Shown here: positions 24,480 through 38,649 of the stretch, piece by piece
Layout: every line of letters starts with the position of its first letter
Position numbering within the stretch: position 1 is the stretch's first letter
NCBI GenBank assembly: GCA_002269645.1
Contig: NIVC01003209.1
Location: 1-64,000 of the forward strand
From: Macrostomum lignano
Taxonomy: Eukaryota
Length of the DNA stretch: 64,000 bases
Reading direction: 5' to 3'
The notes under the pieces: model-generated
Told to the model about the DNA's origin: nothing
What the model saw: the letters and a program-made list of their open reading frames with translations, nothing else
Database searches by the model: none
Program-made: the position numbers and the translations under genes

Positions 24480-27400
24480 GGCGCTCTGTCCTTTTCTAGC
24501 GCAATTACCCAATCTTGCTAGAAAAGTGAAAGAAATCGATTCCCAATCAAAACTTGGAGCCAACGAAGGACATGCGAATTTGCTCATTGCATTTTTCGGA
24601 GCAAGACTTTGTTGAAACGTTTCGGGACTCCTTTGGCACCTGGCGCAAGACGGACAGCAGCGCGCTTAAAAAGCGATATCTGAAGCCCGATGCTGTGCCT
24701 ACGATTTTTCCCAATGCACTAAGGTATCTGTCAACGCCTCGACAACCGGCGCGAAGAATGCGTGCAGCGACATCCCTGCTTGACTCGACTTGGACAACAT
24801 GCGTCTTCAGAGTGAGATCGACGATTTTTTGTTGAAGACAATTCTGGATGGCACACTCGGAGATTCAGGAGTTGCTCGATGCAGAGCAGAGTCGACCTGC
24901 TGGATTTCACACCAGTATCTGCGACGGCCAGTTGTGTATTTACATGCTGGATGTGAAGCCAGTCTGCCGGATCGCCTGTTCCATCTGCATTGACTCCGAT
25001 CATAAAGTCTCTATCGGCATCAACGGCTCCCCGCTGACGAAGGACAAGGTGACCGACTTTGCTGGTAACGAAGGCACGGTTTCTACTATTAGTGGGCTGC
25101 TGAATCTTATGGCAAAGGCAAAGAACTGGCAGGAAAGCACTAATCTGTCGAGTCGCCCGAGCAGGCTAACGGCTTCCTCGACTTGGCGGAGGATAGCCTA
25201 ACAAATGTGCTCAAAAGGAAAGAAGACAGATCTGTGGCATTTCTTCTGGAGCAGCTGAAGCTCAGTAGGACTAAAAAGGCAGCAAGAGTCTACTCTCAAT
25301 AATTCTAAGCTACATGTATATTATTTACTCTATCAGTATCTCCACTTACAATGCTCTTCGTGAGCAAGAAGTTTTTTACCTTCCCTCCCGTCAATGAGAA
25401 CGCTGCAAAATGTCACCAGACGAGTTGGACGGGATAGATTGAGTAGCCACGGCTACCTGCGCCTTCGAGCAAGTAAGCTGACTCAGATGGAGAAGGTGGT
25501 GCTGCTAATGGTGGATTAGATTTACATAGCTAACCGAATCGAATACTCCGCCGGCGGCCGGGCAAGTACGTGGAGTCGATGAATTCGGAGCGATTGCTAC
25601 CACGTACTGCTGCTTCATGATTAAGTCCATTGCTGGGAAGTACAAAGACATGGTAGCAATGCATGCTGTGGCCAACTTAACAGCCAAGAAACTTCACACT
25701 TGGTTTCAAGATGTGATGGAACTGCTGCGAGCTTTGCATTTTACTGTGATTGGCGTCTCACTTGACAATGCTGCAGTCAATCGTAAGTTCGCCACTGACT
25801 ACATCTGCGATGGAGAGCTCAAGACCTCGGTCACTGACAAAACCACGGGTCAGCCGATGTTCGTTTTCTTTGATCCAGTGCACAACCTCAAGAACATCTA
25901 CAACAATTTCCAAGTCAGAAAAAACTTCCCATGTCCCGCCTTTCCTCCTGTTTTGCTGCGCACTTGTGAGGCACAGTTTCAGCACATCACTGATCTGTAC
26001 AATATCGAAGCCTGCAAAACAGTGCGACTGGCCCACAAGTCCAGTCCAATTGTAATCAGCCCCCAAAGCATTGAAAAATCATCTGCGAAATTGGCAGCGG
26101 CGGTTTTTTGTGAGTCAACAAGTGAGTGAGACGCGCTCAAGTATTACTCGACCGATCACGAAGGAAAGGACTGGACCGACACCGCAGAGTTCATCGGCGC
26201 TGTGCTTAAGCTATGGAAAATTCTTAATGTCAAGACGGCATCAAAAGGCCGGCGAAAGCGCGACATCAATCAGGATCCTGTGCGATCATCTTTCGACTGG
26301 AAGCTTCAGTAGCTGAAGCGAGTATCTTCAGGTGAGGAAAAGAAGAGAAGAAGTAGAGTAGGCCAAGTAGAGTAGAGTTAGAGGATATAGTATAGTTTCC
26401 TTTACAAAACGGACGGATTAGTAAAGTAAATATGACAAGAAAAAGAAAAGCCTGTTTAAAATTCTTTTTAATTTCACACACATAATTTTAGTCTTGGGAA
26501 ACTTCCGGCAGCCGCGGCTTGTCCAGGGAGACCTTCCTGGCTTGTCGCCATACCTGCCGAGCTATCGCTGCCTGCGCGAGGCACCTTCTGGACCGTGAAG
26601 ACTTTTCCTACGTCCTGCTCGGCGCCCTGCAGTCCGACAGCATCGAGCGCAGATTCGGTTGGCTTCGCCAGATGTCTGGAGCGAACTATTTCATCTCGGC
26701 CAGGCAGCTCTCTGAGAACAACCGGAAGATCGCAGCTATCAGTTTGCTCAAGTTCTCGCAGTTTTCGCTCCACGATATTGACCGTGCCATCGTCGAGTCG
26801 ACTTATTTTCCTGATGTTGAGTCCAACATGAAGAAACTGGCTCAGGAGATGGCAGCGAAAATGGAGATGACCTTTCAGCGCGGAGAATCCGACTGCACTG
26901 TCATCTACTACATGACCGGCTGCATCGCAAAGAAGCTTCTGCAGAACAGGCGTGGCTGCGAGTCCTGCCGGGAGCTTCTGCTCGAATCAGATGATCTGCC
27001 TCCTCTTGAAGCAGATGCACCGGTCCAGTCCGCTGCCTCCACTTTTATTGATGAAATCAATCTTGGCGGGCTGTCTAAGCCGGCTGCAATTGTTTTTAAT
27101 CTCGCAAGCCACTGTTTGAGATTCGGCAGAGCGAAATACTGCGAAGCCAGCTGCTTTGCGCTTCGAGCCAGGTGCTGCTGTTCTTCAACCTCGTGGACGA
27201 GCTGATGGAGGATGGTGTCTTCATGGAAAGCTTCTTTGATCGCACTATCTGTTCTCAAGGCCACTGCATCAAGGGCGGCGTTGTCAGGCTCTTCTTTAAC
27301 TCGATGATGAAGAACCTGTCGAAGGACTTATCAGCAGCGAGCACCACGGCCAGAAGTAGGAAGCTGGCGAAGCTTTCCAGCCTATGCACTGACAAGTAAG
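24480..27400 (+). mobile_element. Degenerate P-element/THAP9-like transposase
   Basis: THAP motif RICSLHF...LKPDAVPTIF; core motifs DNAAVN, FDPVHNLKNIYNNF, LQSDSIERRFGWLRQMSG, YYMTGCIAKKL..C..C; several stops and frameshifts. Termini not located. Confidence 0.85.
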
Positions 27401-28086
27401 GCAATGATCATATCATATTCATATTCATTTGGAACTGCAATAATGGGCATGTTCTCGATTACTATGCTGTCAAATGTAGCCTGGAATTATCTTATGCTTT
27501 TGGTACTTATGCACTTATGTACATATCTGAATGCATCAATATTTTACAGAATTGCTTGCGTTGTATTATCTTATACTCGTACTTTGATGTTCTTCACTGC
27601 GCTTTTTTGCTAAAAATGTTGAATAATCTGATTACTGATAAAATGAAAACTGCATTGTGGTTAAAATTGCTATAAAATGTACTGAAAATTGCTTACTTGC
27701 TCTGCATGAAATTTAAACGTTTTTATCGACTAAATTTCACTGAATAAATCAATGAGATTTTAAAATATGTGTGAATATACTTTTATTTATACAAATAATC
27801 ATTTTTGGAAAGCAAAGCAAGTATATTGTAGAAAACCGCATAAAATATCAACAAGCGTGCATATCACTTCTGCAGAATACAGTCACACACAATTGGCCGA
27901 AACCGGCCTCATCTTACAGAAGGGTAGAAACCTTTCGTGTCCCGGTGTTACATGTAGTTTAAGAAGTCCCCTGCCCTATAAGTACGGACCCCTCACGCCT
28001 TGGTTTCCTTCGTTCCAGGCTCCCGTTTCATCCAGTTCTCCGATATTCTGTTCGTGTCTGAATTCTCATCTTTCTACTGTGACTGA

Positions 28087-29345
28087 GGGCCGTATGCAGA
28101 AAGCTTAGTCCAGACCACAAATACTAAACACCCTAGATGGTTCACTTAACATTATCTTTATGCGTTAGTTTGATTTGCTACTCTCTGTCCAGTGGCATAA
28201 GCGCATATTTGCTCTATTTTTTGTCTTGACATAAAATATTTGGAGAGAATGATGGTCTAGCTGCCAGCGTCACACACGCACAACCTTGGCGCTTTCAATT
28301 CTTTTATTTATGGCCAAGCTTGGCAGTGGATCGAAATTCTCAGGCGTAAAACCCACTAGTGAAATCTGCACTCACCCCAAAAAGGCGTTGGTCTTGGCTA
28401 TAGACAGTTGAAGAAATCGATTGACTTCGTTTTTAACTAGCAGTCAAGTGGGACGAGATACGGAGTTTAAAGGAATAAGGCAGGACGGATAAAGAAAAGA
28501 TTTTACTTCGCACTTTACCAGCAAGCAGAGCAAGAACGACAAAAATACCAGCAAAACAACGGTTTTAACGACAGACCAGAGCTCAGCTCCTTCGTTGGTG
28601 CCCTGCGGTCCGTGGCTGCCAGCGGCCTGGCCCAGCCTGACTCGACGTCTCGCAACTGAGAAGACGACAACTGTAAGGCTGCCATCATAGCAGCCTGCGC
28701 CCCCACCGGTGCCGGAGACTGTGTGACTACCAAAGCGGATCGACCGAACTCAAGCAGTGTTGCATGTCAGGCACCACAGCAGCAGCTGTTCCAAAAAAAC
28801 TGGACTCCTGGCAGGGCGCAAGCAATGCCTCGCTGGAAGCTGCTGAGTATGTTGGCGGATATGTGCTAAAGCGAAGCCGAGTTCTTCACTGTCAGGTGTG
28901 CAACTCTTTGCTTACAGCATCCGAATCTGCGAGGGTTCACATCCAGCACAAGACCTACTCGCATGCATTGTGTAGACAACTTCAATAATCTATGTTTTAG
29001 CCTAATTATTCACGGCTACATGCAGTTGAGTAAATAAATATAGCCTTTTACGATCATACTACCGAACAGAGAGTAGTTTTGATAAATATAGTCGAGTGAA
29101 CCATCTATGGCATTTAGTATCTGTGGTCCAGACTAGCTAGTCCGGACTTGGGTAGTTCAGTCTGTAGTCTATGGTCTAGCTACCATAATCTGCCTATAGT
29201 AGACCCAATTCCTTGGTAGTCCCGGTCTAACTTTGTGTTTCTGCATACCAAATCCAAGTCCAGACCACAGATTCTATTCTATCTGTGGTCCAGACTAGCT
29301 TTTCAGGACCGGACTACCCTGGACAGAGCTTTCTGCATACGGCCC
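28087..29345. mobile_element. PIF/Harbinger-like non-autonomous element
   Basis: TIR GGGCCGTATGCAGAAAGC and 3-bp TSD TGA; the right ~220 bp matches the MITE at 11915-12107. Confidence 0.75.
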
Positions 29346-29927
29346 TGAGTTTGTGCAAATAATAGCAACTAAGCTAACGAGATAGCAGCACAGTACCTAA
29401 TCCCCGCACTTGAGACCAGCAGGACCTGCTGACAAGGTGTGCACCATCACGAGCTGTCAAATCTGCACGGTGTGCTGAGTTTCTGCGTCTCGTTTATTTT
29501 GCTTAGCTCGGAATCTCCTTCATCGAAGGTGAAGATCCGTGCAAGCTGGTGGCAGCTACTACCAACGCTATGAGAAACAATTTCTAAGAAACGGATCCCT
29601 CTAGAAGGCACCGCCAAGGGCTCAGGAGATCTACCGAGTCATCCCAAGAGAGCAGCCTGTATAACATTGTTGGCAGCGGCCGGAGCCAGAGACTGCCCGT
29701 TCAACGATCTGACAACCACAAGCACTTCAGTAACATGATATTTTTATGGATGAAAAATTTTTCGCTAAAATAAAATAATTTAAACCAATGCTAAATATTG
29801 TATACAGTTTTTTGCATGCTGCCACAGTCACCACAAAGGAATTCACAACTTCAAGTTCATTAAATAAACTCACAGTTTAAATTATTTTTTGCTTTCAGCT
29901 ACACCTCATATTCAAGCAGTGACTCAC

Positions 29928-30208
29928 CTCGAGCGAGTGCGGCCAGCCGGATTTGTTTCTCTATGATCCGTCTGACGTAGCTCTTGAACTTTCTCCACCA
30001 AAAAATTCATCACTCCCCAATGACCTTTGTCGCCAGCGCGTTGCGCTGCTCTCAGACACATCTCGATCGCGCTTTTATCTTCTTTGATATATTCGAAAAT
30101 GCCCTGTACCATTTCCAATTTACCGTTTGCTGCTGCGGATTCTAAAATCTTCGAGTCGGCGGTTGTACTTGCAGTAGCACCTGCATTAGCACCATCCGTT
30201 TCGCTCAT
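29928..30208 (-). CDS. First exon of an ankyrin-repeat-like protein
   Basis: AAANGKLEMVQ and AGDKGHWGVMNFLV ankyrin-type motifs; ends at a strong GTGAGT donor. Downstream exons unclear. Confidence 0.55.
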
Positions 30209-31249
30209 TTTCCGCGTTGTTTTTTAGGTGGTCGTGCTCAGGCCTTTGCTCGTTTAAACGTTTTTTTAAGATTGAACACGAAGTTGAACTTGAATTCAAT
30301 TTCTCACTTGAATTTACTACGTAGATTGGCCATTTAAGGCAGTTATAATCAATGATTATAACTATAATTTAAATAAACTGAATGCTAAAAGCTGAAAAGA
30401 AATAAGAAAAGAACCAAATTAGTTATTATCATCTAATTTCTAAGTAAAAATGGAATAAGGCCCAACAACAAGTATAATATAGTCTTAATCAATATAATAA
30501 TCTTTTATAATAGCTTTCTTTGCTTATATTTGTTCTATAGTGAATAGAGTTGATAAGGACTAAAGCAAAATTAATAGTAAAGAGAAATTTATAGTATTCT
30601 TAATGGGACATGTAGATATGGAGATTGTTGGGTAACAGTGGTGCAACTAGGGAGTGGGGTAGGTGGCAGTTTCCCCCTTAGGTGGAGACCTGAAAAAATT
30701 AGAGGGAGAATAAGGGACCAAGTGAATTTTTGCCAAGATTTCAACAAATATTTGGTTATACTACTGTTAGGTAATTAGAATAAGCATTCATTAAAATAAC
30801 TCATATTAATATTTACATATTAATGCAAACATTAAAAGTGCTTAATAGAATGTATGTATTATATAAATAAATACATACGTTGTTTTAGTGACAAGTAGTT
30901 TTAAATGATAATATACATTTTAGGACAAATGCAAGATTCAATGAATTGCCATTTTAATAACAAGATGCATTTTGTCATGTGTTGAAGAATTTTTTTACAA
31001 TTATAATTATACAAGCTGTTGAAACCTGCAGATTTTGAACCCCTAGAATTTCAATCCCAGAACCATTTTTGCAAAAATTCCAAATTTTTGAAGTTGTGCT
31101 CTAACAGAAACTTATTAATAGTTATCATAGGTTTAAAAAATGGAGTAATTTTGTGTTAAATTATAACTTGAGGCAAGCATTGATATCATCAGCAGGGCTT
31201 CTATGCAAAATGAGTCTCTAAACATCTGTCTAAGCATGTGTTGGCAAAC

Positions 31250-31669
31250 TCTGGCCTCTGCCCCTTTCTCTGTCTCTTTGATTTTATCAAACTTCTCTTC
31301 TCTCGCCTTTGTTTTCTTATCTTATCTATCATCTCGCCTTCTCTCTCTCCTATCCCTCCTCTTTTTTAAATTATCTCTACTCTCTGCTCTCTTCTATCCT
31401 CTCTTATCCCTCCTCTCCCTCTCCTCTATCGCCTCTCCTTCCTTCTCTATTCTCTTTCTATTGCTCTCTCATCTTTCCTCTCTTCTCTCGTCTCCTCTGT
31501 TCTCTCACCTCTCTCATGTCTTTCCCCTCTTTTGACTCATTTTATTTCTCCTCTACTCCTTCATCACTTATCTCTAGACTCTCTTCACCATTCTCATCTC
31601 TACAATCTTATCTTTTCTCTTATCTCCTCCCTTTACTCTCATCTTTCCTTTCTCCTCTCTCCTTTCTCC

Positions 31670-31733
<64 letters not shown>
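31250..31733 (+). repeat. Pyrimidine-rich low-complexity tract ending in (CT)n; related tracts at 33501-33680 and 35940-36205
   Basis: Direct reading; these tracts cause Leu/Ser-rich spurious ORFs. Confidence 0.85.
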
Positions 31734-33500
31734 CACGCCTCCCCTGAAGAGAGAATTCGGTCGATACAATATGCCCTGAAAACTACTGATTTCCCATGAA
31801 TCTATGACCCAGCAGAAGTCTAAAAAAGCAATCCTAGAAATCCTATCGCATTGTCTACACAGTGTACAGGCATGCAATTAGTACAGTGACTTTAGTTGAT
31901 ATCGGTATAGAATGAAACTAATCCATTCTGCCAGAGCCTCAGAAGTTGGCCTTCATGGCTGAGAATGGCCTCAGGCCAATCGCACGGAATTGAACCAACT
32001 ATACATGCATAAATTTTCGCAAGAGGCAGCTGCTCAGCCTCTCAATTGCAGTCTCGGGCTTCATCAGTTGTTTATTATTAAAGTGCAGCCGAGCTCTGGC
32101 AGCCCATCTCAATTCTGTCCAGCTCTCGGCCGCAGCAACTCACTGCATTTTGCACTCCTGCCACCTGCAGCCAGCAGCAACAGACAGGCTTTGAGCCGCA
32201 CTGAATGGCCTGAGAGCCATCAAATTCTGAGATGCGAGCATGGCAACAATGCCTTATTTATGACAAAAAGCAGTCTTGAGCTGTAGGGAGCGGGTGGTTA
32301 GAGAGGCCAGCTTAACCTCAAGCAGTAATTATCTCTGCTCGCTCGCTATTCTCAGGCCAGCTCACCGCTCTGCCAGCCTCCCTGCAGTTTAGCAGACTCC
32401 GGGGCAGCCAGCAGTGCAGAGCTCGGTCTGTTTTGAGTAGTGAGCTGGATGGAGCTGCATTCTAGCTAGACTTATTTATTATCTCAGGCAGGAGTTGCCG
32501 GGGGGTTGGGTGGTTCGAGAGGCCAGTATGGGGTGATTGCGAACTCGAGCAGTTTTCTCTTTGCCGCCTTTTATCACGCCAGACTGTCGCACTCGAGTGC
32601 TGAGCTGGGTGGGGCCGTTCTAGATGAAGGTTGGAGATTTAATTAGCGATGAGGCTGCCGAGATGAGCAGCGCACACCTGAGCTGTCTGAGGCTGCAGTG
32701 GCGGCTGCTCCCGAAAGAGTTGCAGCCCCAGCCTTGCACAATGGAGACTCTGCATTGTGCTTGAGCACCCTGCCTGCCCCCTCACTGCACCTTCGCTTCT
32801 GTGCTCAGAGATGACAGGCGGAGGCTGAGCTGCCAGCCAGCTGCACTTTTTTGATAGTTTAGCGCTTTCTCGAAGCATGAGAAAACAAGCGTTTATTGAG
32901 CGGATTCTGCATGATCTGAGCTGGGATCTTACAGAGAGTAGAGAAGCTGAGCTGTCGAGTTGACAAATCTCAGCAGTGAAATGCTGAAGTGCCGGTCACC
33001 AAATGCAAAATGCAATAAAAAAAGCCAGGCAGCCGCAGTGCACAGATAAACCGTGTGAAATCCAAAGTCAGCCTACATGTGAGTCCCACACTGTCCTGGG
33101 CAGGCCGAGAGCTGGACAGAATTGAGATGGGCTGCCAGAGCTCGGCTGCACTTTAATAATAAACAACTGATGAAGCCCGAGACTGCAATTGAGAGGCTGA
33201 GCAGCTGCCTCTTGCGAAAATTTATGCATGTATAGTTGGTTCGATTCCGTGCGATTGGCCTGAGGCCATTCTCAGCCATGAAGGCCAACTTCTGAGGCTC
33301 TGGCAGAATGGATTAGTTTCATTCTATACCGATATCAACTAAAGTCACTGTACTAATTGCATGCCTGTACACTGTGCAGACAATGCGATAGGATTTCTAG
33401 GATTGCTTTTTTAGACTTCTGCTGGGTCATAGATTCATGGGAAATCAGTAGTTTTCAGGGCATATTGTATCGACCGAATTCTCTCTTCAGGGGAGGCGTG
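31734..33500. mobile_element. Non-autonomous DNA transposon with ~400-bp near-perfect TIRs, inserted in (TC)n (EnSpm/CACTA-like)
   Basis: 31734-32131 is the reverse complement of 33103-33500; ends CACGCC...GGCGTG; TSD ambiguous within TC repeats. Confidence 0.75.
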
Positions 33501-33679
33501 TCTCTCTCTCTCTCTTCTCAATCTCCTATTTCACCCCTTTTCATCCCCTCTTTTCTCTCTCCTTCCTACTCTCTCTTCTTGATCCTCTCATCTCCTCTTT
33601 GCTCTCTCATCTCTACTCTCTTCCCACTCTTTACTCTCTTTTCTGTCATATCATCTCTCTTCTCTCTCCTTTTTCTCAG

Positions 33680-35870
33680 TCGTGGCTGCTTAGCGACATC
33701 CCGCCAGGCCGGCCCATTGTGTCTGACGTGGACAGCAAGTCATATGCCAGCGGCCGCTTTATTGACAGCTTCCTGCAGCTGATCGTCATCCAGCTGCCCA
33801 GCTTCATCAGGGATACCGACCATTTCAAGGCGGCCATCAGAGACATCACCTGCCCAGCACCGGGTGAGACCTTCCTGTTCACCATGGACATCGCTGGCCT
33901 TTACACTAACATCCCAACTATGGCCGGACTCAGGTGCATGCAGAGGGCCTTCAGGGAGTAACCGGACGCTTGGCGCCTGGACACAAGCCTCCTCAGTCTG
34001 CCTCCTAAGCTGAACCTAGAACACAACGACTTCGAGTTTGATGGCAAATTTTTTCTGCAAGTGAAAGGCATGGCCATGGGAAAATTGTTTGCACCCAGCT
34101 ATAGCAACCTCTACATGGGCTACTGGGAGCAGCGGGGTCTGGAGCTCAGCCCGCAGAAGCCTGCCCTGTGGCTGCACTACATTGACAACATCTTTGACGT
34201 CTGGCACGGAACAAGAGACAAGCTGGTCCACTTCTACAAGCTCCTGGATGGCCTTGACCTGAACATCAGGTTGCAGCTGTGCTACAGCAGCACAGAGGTC
34301 AACTTCCTGGATACCACCGTCTTCTAGGACCGCGAGGGCGATGTTAAGCGCCTGGCAACTAAGGTGTATTTCAAGCCGACCAACAGCCAAACGCTCATTC
34401 ACCACAATTCTTTCCATTTGAAGCAAACCTTCCAGGGTGTGGTGAAGTCCCAGCTCCTCAGATACGCCCAGCAGTGTTCCTGGATGGCCGATTTTGATGC
34501 AGCGTGCACCGGGCTGTTTTCAAGTTTGGTGAAAGACCAGGGCTACAATTGGCAGTTCCTGCGCACAATAAGTACAAGATGCTGATGGAGCTGGGCTTCT
34601 ACCCGATGAGATGGTGGGAATTTGGCTTTCTGCTGTGCAACCCAACCTGGCTGTGCAAGTGCTGCCAGACACACGCTAGGTTTGCCTCTATCTGCCCCAG
34701 CTCAGCAGCCACAACAGTCCAGCTCATCATTAGTCAGTGGATTGACTGCAATGCCACCAATGCCATTTACGCCATGTTCTGCTATCAGTGCGACCACACA
34801 CTCTATGTAGGCAAGACCGCCAATAGCATCCATGGCCGCATGCTGGCGCACATTGGCAATATCTGGCACATCCATAACACTCTGGTGGCCTGCCATTTCA
34901 CCAGTGATGGCCACATTCTGGTGGACTTTGCCTTCCCCGGTATCTGGTCACATGATAGCACAGGACCCAGAGCAAACAAGTGGCAGCAGCACTACAAGGC
35001 CAAGCTCATTGAAATGTTAAAGACTTAAGCTCCACATGGTGTCAATGAGCTTGCTAGCATGCTAAACAACCCGGCCATCCCACTGATCCTGCCTCATTGT
35101 GCAAGGTTGGATGCGTAGCTGCAGTGAAAGACTGCGTGGCTAGGCACTGCGAGGCCCCGGTGCTGCCCGCCTATACCAAAAGGCAGAACTTCTAGCAGCT
35201 GCTGTGTCCCAGTCAACTGGAGGCCACCACTGATTGAATTTGTTTCCTTTGATTTTTTACTTTACTTTCCCTACTACTTAGCTTTGTCAAACCATGCTGG
35301 TACCTATCTAGCCTTTTATTGTTCCTTTCTTAGAATTTTTTCTTCTTATTGCTAGTCCATAGTCAGCTTTTGTATATTCTCAGCATTAATTCTGCATCTA
35401 CATTTCTATTGTTTTTTGACACCCTGTACATTTTTATTACACTTTCTTTACTCTTTTGATGATTGTACAATTGCTCTTTTTTAGTTTTTGAGGGCTTTTT
35501 TACCTTATATATTTATTTATTGATTTACTGCTTATTTATTTATTGAGGTCCATTTTTAAAGTACTTAGAATCACTATTTCCCTTTTTAGACACTGGTGCA
35601 GTTGCACTGCTCCAATATTTATTTTGTATATAGGGTCAATACAGCCTACATGCAGTTCACTTTATTTGTGCACTGATTCAATTATTTTGCATTTTAAGTC
35701 TAATAGTGTTTTATTGATTCACACCAAGTATACATATTGTATGCTCTCTATCTACCTGTCTATTCTCTTTCCCCTCTAACTCTGCCTATTTAATAACTTT
35801 ACAATGCCACTGGTCGCTACTTTTCACTTGCCCTGACAAAGAAATATAATAATTTTGAAATATTGGCAAC
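33680..35870 (+). mobile_element. Degenerate Penelope-like element 2 (RT + GIY-YIG)
   Basis: PPGRPIVS, FTMDIAGLYTNIP, KGMAMG..FAPSYSNLYM, YIDNIF, YFKPTNS, then CNATNAIY..C.QC..LYVGKT endonuclease; many stops. Confidence 0.85.
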
Positions 35871-38649
35871 TCAAATAAAATTGACTTTTTTCAGTCCTTT
35901 CTGACTTTTGAACTTTCTACCATGTCAGTGCCTGAGTTTGGAGATGCCCTCCTCTCTCTCTCTCTCTCATCTTTATCTCCTCTCTTCTCACTCTTTTCTA
36001 TCCCTCTTATCTCTTTTTTCTCTCTCCTTCCTACTCTCTCTTCTGGATCCTCTCATCTCTTTGCTCTCTCATCTCTACTATCTTCTCACTCTTTTCTACT
36101 TTTTTCTGTCATCTCATCTCTCTTTTCTCTCCCTCTTCTCACCTCTACCCTCTCTTATTGCTTCTCTCATCCCTCCTCTGTCTCTCCTCTTCCTCTATCT
36201 TCTTAGGATAAATTTTCAAGACTTGAAATTTTACACAATTGTGTCAAAATAGTTGAAAATTGTGAAAATTGAAAATTGAAGAGGATTGGTAAAACTGGAG
36301 TGGCACTATGGAGGATTGAATGAAAAAAATGCATATTTTGAGCAATTTTTGCACTTTTAGGTAGAGAGATTCTAATTTAGTAAATTTAAAGGTGGCCTAA
36401 GAAAATCTCTGTAGGGCATTTAGTGTGGGTTGAAAATTTGGTGTAATTTGGCTGAGTAGTTTGGGACTCCATAGCAATCAAAATTGTATATATACAGACA
36501 GACACATAAACAGAGTTTTTATTTTTATATGTAGAGATAGTTTTTGTTTGCTAAAGGGCAAAATCCATAGACTGCTAAAATAATATCTATATATTTATTT
36601 TAATTTCTATTAGAAATCTAAAGATTTAATGAAATAGAGAAAAATTGTGTTTATACAAGAAAATTTTGTTTTCATCTTAGAATATTGCAGTTCTAGTTTT
36701 TATCAATTTTGCAATAATAGCATTTACCTTCCAATATACTAAAAATACAATTACTATAAATATAAAGGAAAGATGTCTTTAAATATAAATTTTTGGCAAG
36801 AGTTCCATGGTTTTCCCATATTTTCCCATATCCATATGCATAGCCATATCTCAATTTTTTCTTATAGCCTATCCATATCTATAATATCTATACATACTAA
36901 GAGCTAGTAAACTTTCCATAACTATTATACAATATCAAGACCTAGACCCTGATAGATGCCTTGGAGAGGCAGCTGAATGTTGTGCTTATAGCTGTGGTAC
37001 ATGTAGCATTTAGTGTGCATAGCAATCTAGGCAGCAAGACCTATGTTGCACTCTACACTGGGGCATGCCTGATGTAGCCTTTTGACCTAATTGACATATA
37101 ATAACTTTGACTAGCTGGCCACATCATCTGGTTAGAGGCCTCTTTGCCTTGAGATACTATACAAAATACTATTACTTAACTTAAGTTATAAGGATTACAC
37201 AGATAAGTCTAATGGTGAATGATAAGATTCTTTCCTTTCTTCTTTTTTCATAGTGATGGATCAAAACTCAATTTCAATTTTGATATTCCAAATTTCAAAC
37301 CCAATTTTGTATTGAAACAATTTCAGTTTTAATTTCAAACTGAAACTTCTACACTATTTATGTAGAAGCAGTTGATTGTTTCTAAGAAAGGTTAGTTTTA
37401 AATTTTTACGCGAAAACTATATTTTGTTTTAATCTGCGAAACATTCTTAAATATTCTATATTTGTTAAAAATACACGTGATCAGGCAATATAAATAGGAG
37501 CAGAGTTGGAGGTAGGAAGACTAACTTTGTGTGCACTCGTGTTAAATTGCAAAGTTCAATTTGTGACGTTGCCAGTTTGAGGTGGTCCCGAAAAGGGCCG
37601 TTGGACTGCTGTTTCTCTATAGTTTCAACCCTTCAGTTTCACCGTTTCAACTAAACTTTTCCATTTGTTTATTGCGACGTTTACTTGTAGTAGTGCCCAA
37701 CGATTTTGTGGCGATTTCTAATTCACTGTATATTTTGCTATCCTCTCTCGCGACCGTATAATTTTGGCACGATCGATAATTTCAAGTTCTCTCGCCAGCC
37801 AATGAAAGCTCTCCGTGTTTGCGCTACCCCCTTTTGCGCTCTTTATTAAACCCCCCGCCTGCCGGCGGGCACTCTCTCCTCTGCCTCTGCCTCCGCCGTC
37901 CCTTCGCGGCCTTGTTTTCCTTCTCTCTGTCTGGGCCAGCCTGTTTACACTGCCTGCCACTGTCTGCCACGGCTAACGCCAATCTCACCACTACGCATCT
38001 GCCACTGTTGTACTCATCGCCGTTACTCACCACGTTGCATCGCCTTACATCACTCGCCTACCACTCGACTACAATCTCTAATTCACCTTCAATTCAAAAC
38101 CATTGTTGCAGCCGCCAGTGTCCCAAAAGCGCAATAAGTTCTATATTGATATTAACCACATTGAATATTGATCTCAACAATAATAACCAACTACGGCAGT
38201 TTCCTGCCTTGTATGCCAAGTGCTCCGCTACACAATCCGCTTATCAAGACTTGACTCGATTCATTTGGGACTACGACTTACTACAACTCTCGTAAAACGG
38301 CCCTTTTAACGTGCCAATAACGGCCAATAAAACGGCCAATAACGTGACAAATTGTTCAATAGCTAATTCAGTTCTCAGATTGTTGCTTATTTCTAAGAGT
38401 ATTGCAGAGAAGGGTTGAAAGTGGGAATTGAGAGTTCATACAAAAGTAATACTCAAAGTAACCGCTGTGACCCTCTAATCTCAGTAATGCCTAGACTGGA
38501 AAGAGAAAAGTACATATACCAGTAGACCACTCAGGCCATATACTAAGAATGCTACCAGAATATACTATGCTTGTTTTGGTTATTTGGTTGTAAGGTGAGG
38601 AATATTATTGCTTAATAACAAAAAAGCATTCAAGCTTACGCAAAGGAGC

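Noticed and set aside
26332-26491. GT-AG-bounded AT-rich insert in the P transposase as a true intron
   Set aside because: Removing it leaves the frame off by one and the gene is otherwise decayed, so I cannot tell intron from insertion.
31203-31880. Leu/Ser-rich or ER-repeat ORFs (also 33357-33782, 35908-36252, 24190-24463)
   Set aside because: They are translations of pyrimidine-rich low-complexity DNA.
36945-37000. Third hammerhead-like motif (ctgataga tgcc...ggca gctgaa)
   Set aside because: Both core boxes are broken and there is no adjacent Penelope ORF.
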